Shown here: one piece after another, positions 39,181 through 49,400 of the stretch
How the letters are laid out: every line of letters begins with the position of its first letter
Position numbering within the stretch: the first letter of the stretch is position 1
NCBI GenBank assembly: GCA_050633305.1
Contig: JBOEGF010000036.1
Span: 32,001 to 96,000, forward strand
Reading direction: 5' to 3'
Length of the DNA: 64,000 nucleotides
Origin: Nannocystales bacterium
GTDB lineage: Bacteria; Myxococcota_A; Polyangia; Nannocystales; Nannocystaceae
Notes under the pieces: generated by a model
Databases searched by the model: none
Seen by the model: the letters and a program-made list of their open reading frames with translations, nothing else
What the model was told of the DNA's origin: nothing
Program-made: the position numbers and the translations under genes

Positions 39181-39221
39181 GCTACGCCTGACGTAGCGCC
39201 TGCAACGCGGCCCGTAGCGCC
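39181..39221. repeat. Two tandem 21-bp units, each a GC(T/A)ACG-N5-CGTAGC palindrome
   Basis: GCTACGCCTGACGTAGCGCCT followed by GCAACGCGGCCCGTAGCGCC. Confidence 0.7.
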
Positions 39222-39269
39222 TCCGGGTTGAGCCATGTCGGCTCGCAAATACCTGACCCGGAGGTTCAC

Positions 39270-39773
39270 ATGAAGCCCCAAGAAAAAACTGAGCGGAGCT
39301 GCCGAAGGTGTGGCGGACTCGTCGGCACCCGATGCGCTGTCCACGCCCACGATAAGCACACGCGCGCCAAATCCGTGGCCCGCGATCGCGTGATGACCGT
39401 CTGCCCGTGCCGCGCCGAACTCGATCAGAAGACGAGTGGGGAGCGGGGCCTGGAGCTGTGCGCGGCCACGACGGTCAGCGACGCTCGGAGTGCAGCTCAT
39501 AGGCCTCGGGTCCAGCGGCCGCCATCGCAACGGCTTGCGCACGCCGTCCGTCTTGTTCTGGGCCGTCGCACCTTTGACCGTGTCCTCGGCCCCACGATGG
39601 CGGATGTGTATCTTGAGTGGGTCGAGGCCCATTCTTCCGGAGATCTGGTCGAAGCGAAGCGCGTGAGAATTCGGTCGGCTTTCTGCTTGTCTTGGGCCGC
39701 GGTGGCGTATCTGTTGGGACGCGTCGCGGTGGTCATGGACGACTTTCGGAAGAACTTCGGTCCGAAGCGTTGA
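39270..39773 (+). CDS. Hypothetical protein; C-terminal half resembles a permease-prefix-type domain
   Basis: SD GGAGG; RPP..RL...RRTFDRVLGPTMADVYLEW. Confidence 0.5.
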   Translation: MKPQEKTERSCRRCGGLVGTRCAVHAHDKHTRAKSVARDRVMTVCPCRAELDQKTSGERGLELCAATTVSDARSAAHRPRVQRPPSQRLAHAVRLVLGRRTFDRVLGPTMADVYLEWVEAHSSGDLVEAKRVRIRSAFCLSWAAVAYLLGRVAVVMDDFRKNFGPKR

Positions 39774-39873
39774 GGTCGATTGAACGGGGAAGCCGCTCTC
39801 GCTGGAGCTCTGCTTCGTACTGTTTTGGGGACAGCGACGATGGTTCCTCGGTCCCCCGCGTCCGCGTCCGCGT

Positions 39874-40128
39874 TCAGATTTTTTTGCGATATTCGTTTGC
39901 CACGACCTCAACAATCATCCCGCCGGGCGCATCCACTCCGATTGAGAGAAGAAGGGTCGTCAGGAGGCCGTCAACCCTTCTTTGAGCATCGTTCGAAAGC
40001 GACGCATACTTCGCGAAATCCCCTCCGGGGATCAGCTCCTCGATGTCAGTCGCGAGAGCCCCTTTCCTCAGCTGTTCAGGCTCCGAAAGGCTGCGATATG
40101 CGTCAGCGATCTTCTTGCGGCGTCCCAT
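39874..40128 (-). CDS. Small hypothetical protein
   Basis: MGRRKKIADAY... 84 aa; no recognisable motif. Confidence 0.4.
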   Translation of the reverse strand: MGRRKKIADAYRSLSEPEQLRKGALATDIEELIPGGDFAKYASLSNDAQRRVDGLLTTLLLSIGVDAPGGMIVEVVANEYRKKI

Positions 40129-40302
40129 ACCCGATCTAAACACACTGTTTCACCTCTTCCAACGGCAGGCCATGGCTCATGGCCAAGGGGCTGGCTGGAC
40201 GGGGGTGGACGGAGGTTGGGGTCCTCGGCTTTTTGGGTTTGGGGACCTGGCGCTTTGGTGCTCAGGTGTTCGGCCGGTGCTATGGTTCCGACGCTCGTGT
40301 CA

Positions 40303-40560
40303 ATGGCACCACACGGCGCGCACTTCAGGAGCGTGTTTGAGCAGCCCGAGTGTGCCACGGTAGAGCTGCGGCCCGCGCCCTCGACCGAGCACTTCTCCGG
40401 AAGCGACTCGTCAACGCGGAAGGCTGAGCCCGGGAGCCTCGGCCGCCCCGAGGCCTGCACCAACGACCTGTTCAAGGAGAAGTGCGACGCTGCGTGCGAG
40501 CACGTGTTCGAGAGCTACTGCGGCGACGGCCCAACCAAGTGCGGAGCGGCATCAGCGTGA
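40303..40560 (+). pseudogene. Chimeric remnant: Rpn/YhgA-like transposase N-terminus joined to the extreme C-terminus of a type I restriction subunit (HsdR)
   Basis: MAPHGAHFRSVFEQPE...EPGSL resembles PHDALFKxVFxxPE...EPGSF; PEACTNDLFKEKCDAACEHVFESY resembles the HsdR C-terminal P..YT.ELF..KC..V..HV.ESY. Confidence 0.55.
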
Positions 40561-41603
40561 CGGACGAGTACAAGCGCGAGCTACACATCCCCCTGCCACA
40601 AACCGACACTGGGAAGGTGCAGATGGTCTGCCCGCGCGGCGACTGCGAGCCAGGTCGGTTCTTCCTCGGCGACGCTCCTAGCGAACGACCCGAAGCCGGC
40701 AACAGCACTCCGACACGCCGCGAACCAGGGACCGACGGCGTGACTTGCCCGTATTGCGGCAAGGACGATTCTGATGATGCGTTTCGCCACCCGGACGACG
40801 CTGCGTATCTCGAGAAGGCCATCGATCACGGTGTTGAAGAGGTTGCGCACGAGATGATTGGGGAACTGCTCGACAACCACTTCACCCAGCCTTTCAAGCG
40901 AATGGGACGGGCGTCTAGGCGCAGCGGGTTCAGTGTGACCGTGGAGTCCCGACCGTATCGTCAGCAGCCGAAGTCCCCACCCCGGCCGCCGGCTCGGGCG
41001 GACCTACCGCGCAACGTGACCTGTACCGCATGCGCGCGCGCGTACGGAGTCTTCGCTATCGCCCTCTTCTGTCCCGACTGCGGCTCTTCGAACGTCCTGG
41101 TCCACTTCGCCCGCGAGCGCCGGCTATGCGAGGATGAACTTGCCAGCGCTCGCGAGACGTCCGATCGTGAAAGAGCTCTGCGAAAGCTGGGTAACGCCCA
41201 CGAAGACGCTGTTTCAGCCACCGAGGCGTATCTCAAGTCTATCTATGCCCTCGTCATCGGCGTTCGAAGACCTGCCGATGGGGAGAAGAAGCTAACCAAG
41301 GTCGGGAACGCCTTCCAGAGCATCGAAAGAGGCAAGAAGCTCTTTGCGCCGCTTGGGGTCGATCTCTACGGGATGCTCATGGAGGGGGAACTCAAGTTTC
41401 TGGACGCTTCGATGGCGAAGAGGCACGTGGTCACGCACAACCTCGGAGTCGTCGACAAGAAGCACGTAGAACGAACCGGCCAGGGGAAGGCCGGGGAGCT
41501 GATCAGCCTCACAGAACGGGACGTTCGGCGTCACCTCGAACTGGTCGAGCGGGTCATCTCCGACCTTGAGCGGAGTGTTCCGGAGTTGCAGCCGTCGCCC
41601 TAA
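40557..41603 (+). CDS. Zn-ribbon protein with C-terminal HEPN-like RNase motif
   Basis: CPRGDC, CPYC, CTAC, CPDC pairs; FQS...KRHVVTHNLGVVD (R-x4-H). Confidence 0.72.
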   Translation: MTDEYKRELHIPLPQTDTGKVQMVCPRGDCEPGRFFLGDAPSERPEAGNSTPTRREPGTDGVTCPYCGKDDSDDAFRHPDDAAYLEKAIDHGVEEVAHEMIGELLDNHFTQPFKRMGRASRRSGFSVTVESRPYRQQPKSPPRPPARADLPRNVTCTACARAYGVFAIALFCPDCGSSNVLVHFARERRLCEDELASARETSDRERALRKLGNAHEDAVSATEAYLKSIYALVIGVRRPADGEKKLTKVGNAFQSIERGKKLFAPLGVDLYGMLMEGELKFLDASMAKRHVVTHNLGVVDKKHVERTGQGKAGELISLTERDVRRHLELVERVISDLERSVPELQPSP

Positions 41604-42054
41604 TCACCATGTGCCGAAGTCCCCGAGCCGAACTGTGCCACGACTGGTGTCTGGGCGAGTCATCTTCGCGCGGTCGAGCCGCCTTCCGAGGTTTGCAGGA
41701 GTGGTTGGTTCTGGCGGCGACGGTTCAGCCGGTGGACGAAGTCTTCGAGCGCGTACGCCACGCAGAGTAGGTGGATGGCTTACGAGGCTATGGCCTCCAA
41801 CGGTGGCTGATCTTGCAGGAAGCCATCCGCGAATCCATGCCGAACGGGCCCCTCGGGGCTGATGAGGTGATAGTAGACCCGGTTGCGGAACGACTGACCG
41901 GAGCTTTTTCGGCTCACATGAGGCTATCGTACGTGAGGTCCCTGGTGCCAGTGCCACACCCTTGAGGCCACGAAGCGTCTTCTGCTGGGCCTCGGCTTCC
42001 GCGCTTCTCGAGACCAGTGCATACTTCGAGGAGCGGACCCGCTGAAAACCATCC

Positions 42055-45000
42055 ATGGAGATCCCTGACATCGATTTCACGCGAATAAGGTCACTCGGCC
42101 CCGGCGGGCAGCGCGATGGGTACGAGCAGTTTATCTGCGAACAGGTCGCTCAAGAGCAGCCCGCGCCGGACGCCAAGTTTGTGTCTCTCCACGGAGCGGG
42201 CGGTGACGGCGGGGTCGAGTGTTACTGGACTCTCGCGGACGGCACCGAGTACGGCTGGCAGGCCAAGTATTGGACGGACCACAGCGCCGTCGACAAAGGG
42301 CAGCTCGATAAGTCCGTCAAGGCTGCTCTCGAGCAGCACCCGAAGCTGGCGCAGTACACGATCTCCATCCCCGCCGACCCGACTGGTCGCACCGGGCGGA
42401 AGGCCAAGTCTCTCCTCGCGAAGATCCAGGATCCGAAGGGATGGCTCGACGGCTGGAAGGCCATGGCTGCGCTACGCGGTATGTCTGTCGTTTTCGAGGT
42501 CGAATGGAGAACGAACATCGTCACGCGGCTGACCCGTCTCGACGTCTCCGGAACCCAGCGGCGCTACTGGTTCGACGTCGATGTGCTCGCCGAGCGGTGG
42601 TGGGACGACCGGAAGCAAGACGCGGTCTCAGCCGCTAGGCCCCGGTACATGCCGGAGCTCAATATCGAGGTGCCCGCCGCACGGGCCATAGCCGCGCTCT
42701 GCTCGGACGACGAGTGGTGGATGGTCGTTCTCAGTCAGATTGAGACGGTCAAAGAGGCCGCCAGTTCGCTCCGCTACGCCGATGAGACGGTGCTGGCCGC
42801 GGATCTGGCCGCAGCGGGTGACGCAGTTGCAAGAGTTGTGGACGCACTTTCCGCGTGGCACGCATCCCGCGGCACGACAGCGATTGACGATCTCGCCCAA
42901 GTGCTCGAAGAGTCCTTAAACAGCGTCAGCGACCAGGAGGCCCTCGAGGTTGCGGCGATGGACGCGAAGTACGCCGACGCTACCTGGGATACTCCTGGCT
43001 GGCGGCAGTTTCAGGCCGAGTACATGGTCTGTTTTCCGGCGGCAGCCGTCGATGGGTTACGGGAACTCGGTAAGAAACTCACGGAGACCTCCGAGGTTCT
43101 ACTGAGCCCGACTGGAAGGCTCGCAGGAGCCCAGGTCGCACTCATCACCGGTCCGGCCGGAATCGGCAAGACGTACCTCGCCCTGGACTCAGTCGTCCGC
43201 CGACTAGGCCAGGGGCGCCCAAGCGTCATGATGCACGGTCGATGGTTCAGCGACCACGAGCCGCTAGCCCATCTCCGCGGTGTACTCAGCATGCCGCCGG
43301 ACCTGAGCAGCGAAGATGCGATCGCGCTCCTGGATCAGCATGCCCGTGTTGTGGGCGCCACAACCCTCTTGGTCGTCGACGCGCTCAACGACACCCGCCC
43401 ACGGTCGCTCTGGCGGGACAACCTCGAACGGATCATCGCCACGATCGGCAGGTATCCGCACGTCCGGCTTCTGCTGACGGCGCGCACCCACTATCTCGCC
43501 CACGTTCTCCCGCCCGGATTGACGGTCGCGCAGTTTGAACACACCGGCTTTGAAGGAGTCGAGTTCGAAGCTGTTAGCGAGTACGCCGCTTTTTACGGCC
43601 TCGAGCCCCCGACGTCCCCGCCGATTCACGGCGAGTTTAACAACCCGCTGTATCTGCGTCTTGTATGCGAGGCTCTTCAGGCTACCGGCCGCTCGTCTCT
43701 TGAGCAGGCCAATATGGGCCTCGACGAGCTGACGAAGATGGTCCTCGACGACGCCAACGCTCGTATCAGCGACCGTATCGATGCGTCCCCGTCGGACCGG
43801 GTCGTTCAGCGTTCCATGCATGCCCTGGCCACCGCGCTTGCGGACGGCGGAGGCGGTCCGCTCAATCGAGCAGATGCACAGTTCGTGCTCACCCCGATCT
43901 GGTCGGATCGGAGCGCGGAAAAGTCGCTGCTCGACGCGCTCATCGCCCAGGGCCTCGTCGAGGAAGACGTCATTTCGGACGGTAGCACCTACGGCGCCGA
44001 CGTTGTCGCCATTACCTTCGAGCGCATTGGACACCACCTCATCGTGTCCGATGCCCTCTCCGGTGTAACCGATGCGGACGGCGTCCGTGCGGAACTCGGC
44101 TCACGCCTTGGGCGGCTCATCGGTCTCGGTGGGATAGTCGATATCGGCGTCCTCGAGGCGACCTCCGTCGTCGTCGCCGAACGCCTCGGACTTGAGCTAA
44201 CCGAGTTCGGGGCTGAAATCGGGGACGATGACGCTCTTGCCACGGCAGTCATCGCAGGCATTGGATGGCGTACGGCGGACTCCATCAGCGACGAGACCCG
44301 TCTCATCGTGACGAACGCGCTGCGACGCGAAACCACCCGCAAGGGCGCGCTCACGATGCTGTTTCGGCTCGCCTCACGAGCTGGGCATGGTCTGAACGGC
44401 GAGTTCCTCCACGGGCTCCTCGGCCGAATGAGTCTGGGTGAGCGTGACGAGTTTCTTCCCGCTTGGCTCCACAGGACCCACGGCACTAGCGGAGGGGTCG
44501 ATCGGCTCATCCGCTGGGCGCGGGAGAAACCATTGGATCTGGTCGGTGCGGACACAACTCGGCTGTGGGTGACCGCGCTGCTATGGATGGCCGGGGCCAG
44601 CGACCGACGCGTCCGCGAGCCCGCGACCATCGCCGCCGCCCGCCTCCTCGCTCGTCACCCGGACCAGGCGGCAGGGCTGTTGGAGCGGTTCACCGTGGTG
44701 AACGACGAGTGGGTCGTTGAACGCTCCCTTGAGGTGGCCTACTCGGCGCTCTTGAGGAGCGGCAGCACCAACGACTGGGCAGCCGCCGCAGGCGTGGTCT
44801 GGAACCGCATCTTTTCCGTGCCCATGGACGTGACTCCGAATGCTGCGGTTCGTGACGCCGCCCGCAGCATCCTCGAAGCAGCGAATGAACGTGGGGCGCT
44901 CCCCGCTACCGTGACCGTTGCGCAGTTTCGGCCGCCGTACACCAGCGACTGGCCTCCTACTTGGCCCACTGAAGCCGACATTGGGAGCTATGACAACGTC

Positions 45001-46224
45001 GGCTACCCGAAGCTTGTGTACTCGACCACCAGCGATGACTTCTTCACCTACAAGGTTAGTTCCGAACTCAAGGACCGTCCCGGTATCGACGTGGACGCAG
45101 CAGCCAGATGGGTCGTGCAGGAAGTCATCCGCCTTGGGTACCGGAGTGACAGGCATGCCGAGTTCGACGGCTATGTGATGAGGACCTACGGCGGCGGCCG
45201 TTCCAAGCCTGCTTGGGTTGAACGGATCGGCAAGAAATACCAGTGGATTGCGCTCAACCGGCTCATCGGCATGGTCTCCGACCACGTACCGAAGACCCCT
45301 AGTTCGTGGGACCCCCCGGCCCCGCCTGTCCCCGGCCCTGTCTCCGGCAGGTGCCGGCAGGTCGACCCGACAGTCCTCGAGTTCCCGCCTACTGACGCCG
45401 CGGAAAGGTCGTGGGTGCCTGGCTACGATTGGGCACCCGCAAGCGGCAATACCGACGCCGAATGGATCGTTGACGACACTGACCTGCCCACCATCGCCGT
45501 AACCGACGCCGTCTTCGACGGCCGTCAGTTCGTCGTCCTTTCCGGCACCTACGACTGGACCAATGTCACCGACACGGGCAAGCCCGCCCGCCGCATATGG
45601 ATCCATCTCGTTCCCCACCTCGTCGCTACCCCGGATCTACCCGCCGCTCTTGGCGAGGTCGAGGGTCGCGACCTCCTCGGCCACGAGCTGTCCCGTTGCC
45701 CCCTGATGCCCGACGGGTACGTCGGCGAGTATCCGTACGGCCATCACCATGGTGAGAGCATTCACGTAAAGCAACACGAGTGGCGAGAACCGCTTGGGGT
45801 CCCGACGAGCCCGGCTGCGTGGGACATCCTCGGCGAATACGAGTATGCCCCCGGCAATCAGCACAGAATTTCCCTCGATGCTCCCGCCCCTGAGTTCTTC
45901 GGTCCGGTACCCGGCGACCTCCGCTGGAACGGGCGCAATGGCTGGAGCGACAAGAACGACCAGATCATCGCCGTTGTTCGCCACACGAACAACACGGGCC
46001 AGAACGAGCTCCTCATCGACGCCATCTGGCTCGAGCAGTGGCTTGTTGGCGAAAAGAAGTCCCTCATCTGGGTGGAGAGCACGGCCAAGGAAGCCTTCCG
46101 GGGGCTCGGTGGTAAGACCCACCCCGGACGCCTCACTCGCTCCCAAGTGCACTCGTGGGCACCCGGCAGGGACGCACAGACCTCAGCACCATTCTGGGAT
46201 CGTCTTCCAGCACGCGGAGAGTAG
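42055..46224 (+). CDS. AVAST type 2 (Avs2)-like STAND NTPase with N-terminal PD-(D/E)XK nuclease effector
   Basis: GDGGVEC...GWQAKY nuclease motif; GPAGIGKT Walker A; LLVVDALND Walker B; NPLYLRL; ERIGKKYQWIA sensor motif typical of Avs2. Confidence 0.85.
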   Translation: MEIPDIDFTRIRSLGPGGQRDGYEQFICEQVAQEQPAPDAKFVSLHGAGGDGGVECYWTLADGTEYGWQAKYWTDHSAVDKGQLDKSVKAALEQHPKLAQYTISIPADPTGRTGRKAKSLLAKIQDPKGWLDGWKAMAALRGMSVVFEVEWRTNIVTRLTRLDVSGTQRRYWFDVDVLAERWWDDRKQDAVSAARPRYMPELNIEVPAARAIAALCSDDEWWMVVLSQIETVKEAASSLRYADETVLAADLAAAGDAVARVVDALSAWHASRGTTAIDDLAQVLEESLNSVSDQEALEVAAMDAKYADATWDTPGWRQFQAEYMVCFPAAAVDGLRELGKKLTETSEVLLSPTGRLAGAQVALITGPAGIGKTYLALDSVVRRLGQGRPSVMMHGRWFSDHEPLAHLRGVLSMPPDLSSEDAIALLDQHARVVGATTLLVVDALNDTRPRSLWRDNLERIIATIGRYPHVRLLLTARTHYLAHVLPPGLTVAQFEHTGFEGVEFEAVSEYAAFYGLEPPTSPPIHGEFNNPLYLRLVCEALQATGRSSLEQANMGLDELTKMVLDDANARISDRIDASPSDRVVQRSMHALATALADGGGGPLNRADAQFVLTPIWSDRSAEKSLLDALIAQGLVEEDVISDGSTYGADVVAITFERIGHHLIVSDALSGVTDADGVRAELGSRLGRLIGLGGIVDIGVLEATSVVVAERLGLELTEFGAEIGDDDALATAVIAGIGWRTADSISDETRLIVTNALRRETTRKGALTMLFRLASRAGHGLNGEFLHGLLGRMSLGERDEFLPAWLHRTHGTSGGVDRLIRWAREKPLDLVGADTTRLWVTALLWMAGASDRRVREPATIAAARLLARHPDQAAGLLERFTVVNDEWVVERSLEVAYSALLRSGSTNDWAAAAGVVWNRIFSVPMDVTPNAAVRDAARSILEAANERGALPATVTVAQFRPPYTSDWPPTWPTEADIGSYDNVGYPKLVYSTTSDDFFTYKVSSELKDRPGIDVDAAARWVVQEVIRLGYRSDRHAEFDGYVMRTYGGGRSKPAWVERIGKKYQWIALNRLIGMVSDHVPKTPSSWDPPAPPVPGPVSGRCRQVDPTVLEFPPTDAAERSWVPGYDWAPASGNTDAEWIVDDTDLPTIAVTDAVFDGRQFVVLSGTYDWTNVTDTGKPARRIWIHLVPHLVATPDLPAALGEVEGRDLLGHELSRCPLMPDGYVGEYPYGHHHGESIHVKQHEWREPLGVPTSPAAWDILGEYEYAPGNQHRISLDAPAPEFFGPVPGDLRWNGRNGWSDKNDQIIAVVRHTNNTGQNELLIDAIWLEQWLVGEKKSLIWVESTAKEAFRGLGGKTHPGRLTRSQVHSWAPGRDAQTSAPFWDRLPARGE

Positions 46225-46409
46225 TCCGGCCGTGAACACGGCGGTGTTCGGCACCCTGAGCAGGGTGCAACCGTCCCGCGCGACCGTCTACCGAGCACCG
46301 TGGCTGTCAACGCCATGCCGAAGGCCGAGACGAGCTTCGGCGCGAGATTGCCAACGGGTTGGAGCGCGTCCTGCGGTTGCGAAGGGCAGGGCAGCAGAGC
46401 CGGCGGTCC

Positions 46410-49400
46410 TCAAACCTCCGCGGCGCCGGAGGCCACGCGCTCGATCACGTGATCGAGGTTTATCGCCCGCACAGAGCCTCCGGCAAAGTCCGCGGGCGCC
46501 TTTCCTTGTGGCAACTCGTCGAGGTCGAGATAGTCCTCCGGACGTGCGGTGAGGACGACGATCTGGATCTTGTCCGCGGACCTGCGCAGCATCTTGTGGA
46601 ACCACGCCGCGCGGCTGCGGTGGGTTTGGGCCAAGTGGTCGTCGAGGATGAGCATGGAGCCCAGTTGCTCGGCGATACACAGCCGGAGGATGGTGGCGAG
46701 TTGATCCTGGGTCCCGGCGGAGAGGTCGCCAAAAGAACGGGCGACGCCGGCAACCTGCACCGCGTCGGTCGCCAAATGGGCGTTGAGGCGGATTGAGTCG
46801 TATCGGTCCTGGGTCAGGCTCTTGAAGCGCTCGCCGACTTGGCTGCCCAGGGCCTGTCCGATATGGGCGCCATCCTCGTTTTCCACATCGCGCAGGGTCT
46901 TGGCCAGCAAGCGATAGGCTTCGTAGTCCAACTCGATCTCGTGTTCTCGGATCCGCGCCTGGTCTCGAGCCTCTCGGTGGGAGGTGAGCGTGTCCCGCGT
47001 AACTTCGCCGCCCACTTGCTCGAACGCGCCCTCTGCGGTGCGCACGTCGCCGCGGAGTCGGTCGGCCAGTCCATCAGCCTCGACGTGGCTGGCGGTGGTG
47101 GCTTCGAGCTCGGCATCGGTGGCCGGGCTCTCGGGGCGTGGGAGTTTGGCGAGGGCTTCGGCCAGCTCGCAGGCGGCGTGTCTGGCGGCATCGAGCCCCA
47201 TCGCCTCGACGTGCCCGGTTTCCACGTCGAGGCGCGACCGCGCAGCCACGAGGGCTTCGCCAGCGTTCTTTGTGAGGGTCGCAGCGAGGATGCCTGCGTC
47301 GCGTTCCTGCGCCAGCGCGGTCGTGGCCTGCTCGACGGCCTTGTGCGCAGCGGCGACTTCCGCGAGGCCGGCTTCGGCCAGGGAATCGCGTTCTTGGCGG
47401 GCTTCGGCTCGGTCCGTGTTGGCGTGCTGGAGTTGAGCCTCGATCCGAGAAGCGGCCTCGCGGGGCTCGGCGTCGAGACCCTCGGTGCTAGCTTGTAGGG
47501 CGGTCGCGGCGGCAGCCTCAGTTCGTTCGGCGGCCTCCAGGCTGGCAGCCAGTTGGGCTTCCTTCTCTCGGCTGGACGCCAACGCCTTCTGGGCTTGCCG
47601 CAGTGTGGTGTCGGCCGCTGCGGTGTCTGCCTCGATAGTATCCTCCCAGCCGCCCGGTTTCGAAGCGGCTTCCAGTTCGAGTTTGGGGAGCGTCTCGCCC
47701 CCCATGCTGGCTTCCCGCTCGGCGACCTTGGCTGACAGCCGCTCCACCGCGCTGGCTGTTTCGGCGTGAGCGGCAGCGTCGTTGAGGGAGCTCGCGGCCT
47801 CTGCTTCGTGTTGTCGCAGCTGTTGTGCCCGGGCTTGGGACTGGCGCACCACCTCGCCGAGGGCGACGAGATCGGGAGCGCCGGTGCTCGTTAGAGTGGG
47901 GACTCCCTCGTGCTCCCAGCGGGTTTGTAGGGCGGCGGCGAGTTTGTGGTCGTCAGGGCTTCCGGCGCTCACCGTCAACTCGGCGACGTTCTCGAGGATC
48001 AGGGCGATGGTGCGGGACGCGTCGATGGGGGCGCTTGCGTCGGCTACCGCTTGCTGAGGGCCCCCGTCGATCGCGACGTGCAGCGTCAAGTCGGTCATTG
48101 GCCTGACTGCGACAGTGAGGCCCACGCCGACCTTGGCCAGAGCCACGTCTAGTTCATTTCGGAGAGCCGTGAGCGCCTGGACCTCGTCGGCAGTCGGGCA
48201 GGCAGTGGCCTTGATCTGGTCTCGAAGGTTCTTGGCTTCGGCCTGAGATTGCCTAGCCCTGACGAGGAGGGCGGCACGCTTCTCTGCCGCGGAGCGCGCG
48301 TCCCCAAGGGATTTGTGTGCCTCTCTTAGCCGGGCCAGCTGGCAGAGCCCTCGGTGGGTCTCCAGATTCTCGTTGGCCTCTCGCTCCCGGGCTACCAGGG
48401 CATGCCGTTCGGCTTGAGCGGTGGCGACTGAGTCGTGGAGCACTGAGGTGCGCTCACGGGCTTTACTCAGTTCCGTTTCGCACACTCGGGCAGCCTGCGC
48501 CGACTTGAGGGCGCTGTTGAGCTTCTCGATCCGGTGCTCGCACTGGGCGAGCTTGCTCTCGACTTTAGCCTTGTTGAGTGCGTGCTGCTGGTGCGAGCTC
48601 TGGCTCTTGGCGCGCTGTAGGGCGCTCGTGGCTTCTTGCAAGGTGGTCTCGGCCGCGGATATCGAAGCTGCGCAAGCCTGGTCGTTGGCCTGGGCGGCCT
48701 GTGAGGCGCGGTCGAGTTCGGCGATCGCCGCGGCGTCGGTTGCCAGTCCCGCCACGGCCTGCTCAATCTCCGAGACCTTAGCTGCTGCGACGGCCAGCCT
48801 GTCCTCGGCGTCCAGCATGGCCTTGGTCTGATCAAGGCGCGCCCGAACGACGGTGACCAGAGCTGCGGCTTCTTTGCTGGTGGCGCGGGCGAGCGTGAGC
48901 TCTGACGTGAGCGCCTCCAAACGCTCACGGGCGCGTTCGGTCTCTTCCTCCTGAAGTTCGAGAATCGCGATCTGGTGCGCCAGCCCGTTGATCTTCTCTG
49001 TGATCTGCACAAACGGGGAGTTTTTGCCCTTCTTCTTACTTCCCCCGGGCGTGTAGGCTTCGTTCACCCTCCCCTGCGCTTCAGTAAGCACCTGCTTGAA
49101 CAGAGGGTCTTGCGCAAGCGCCTCAAGTGCCAGTCCCAGCTGCGCTCGAGCGGTGTCGTCCGCGTCCTTCAACAGGCTCAGACCGAGCAGTTGGGCAGCG
49201 CCTACCTGCTCGCCGAGCAGGGCATGACTCAAGAAACTCTCGGGCAAACCGCGAGCACCACCCTTGCCCCCGGGAGGCTTGATCCCCCAGCGAAGCAGGG
49301 TCCGAAGTTGACCATCGACCTTGCGAGCGGTGGCCTCCGACGAGTAGGCGGTGTCATCCTTCGAAAAGCGAAGCTCGGACGCGCCGGGATCCCCGTAGTT

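Noticed and set aside
39173..39221. CRISPR array
   Set aside because: Only two short adjacent units without spacers; no cas genes or repeat-spacer array seen anywhere in the window
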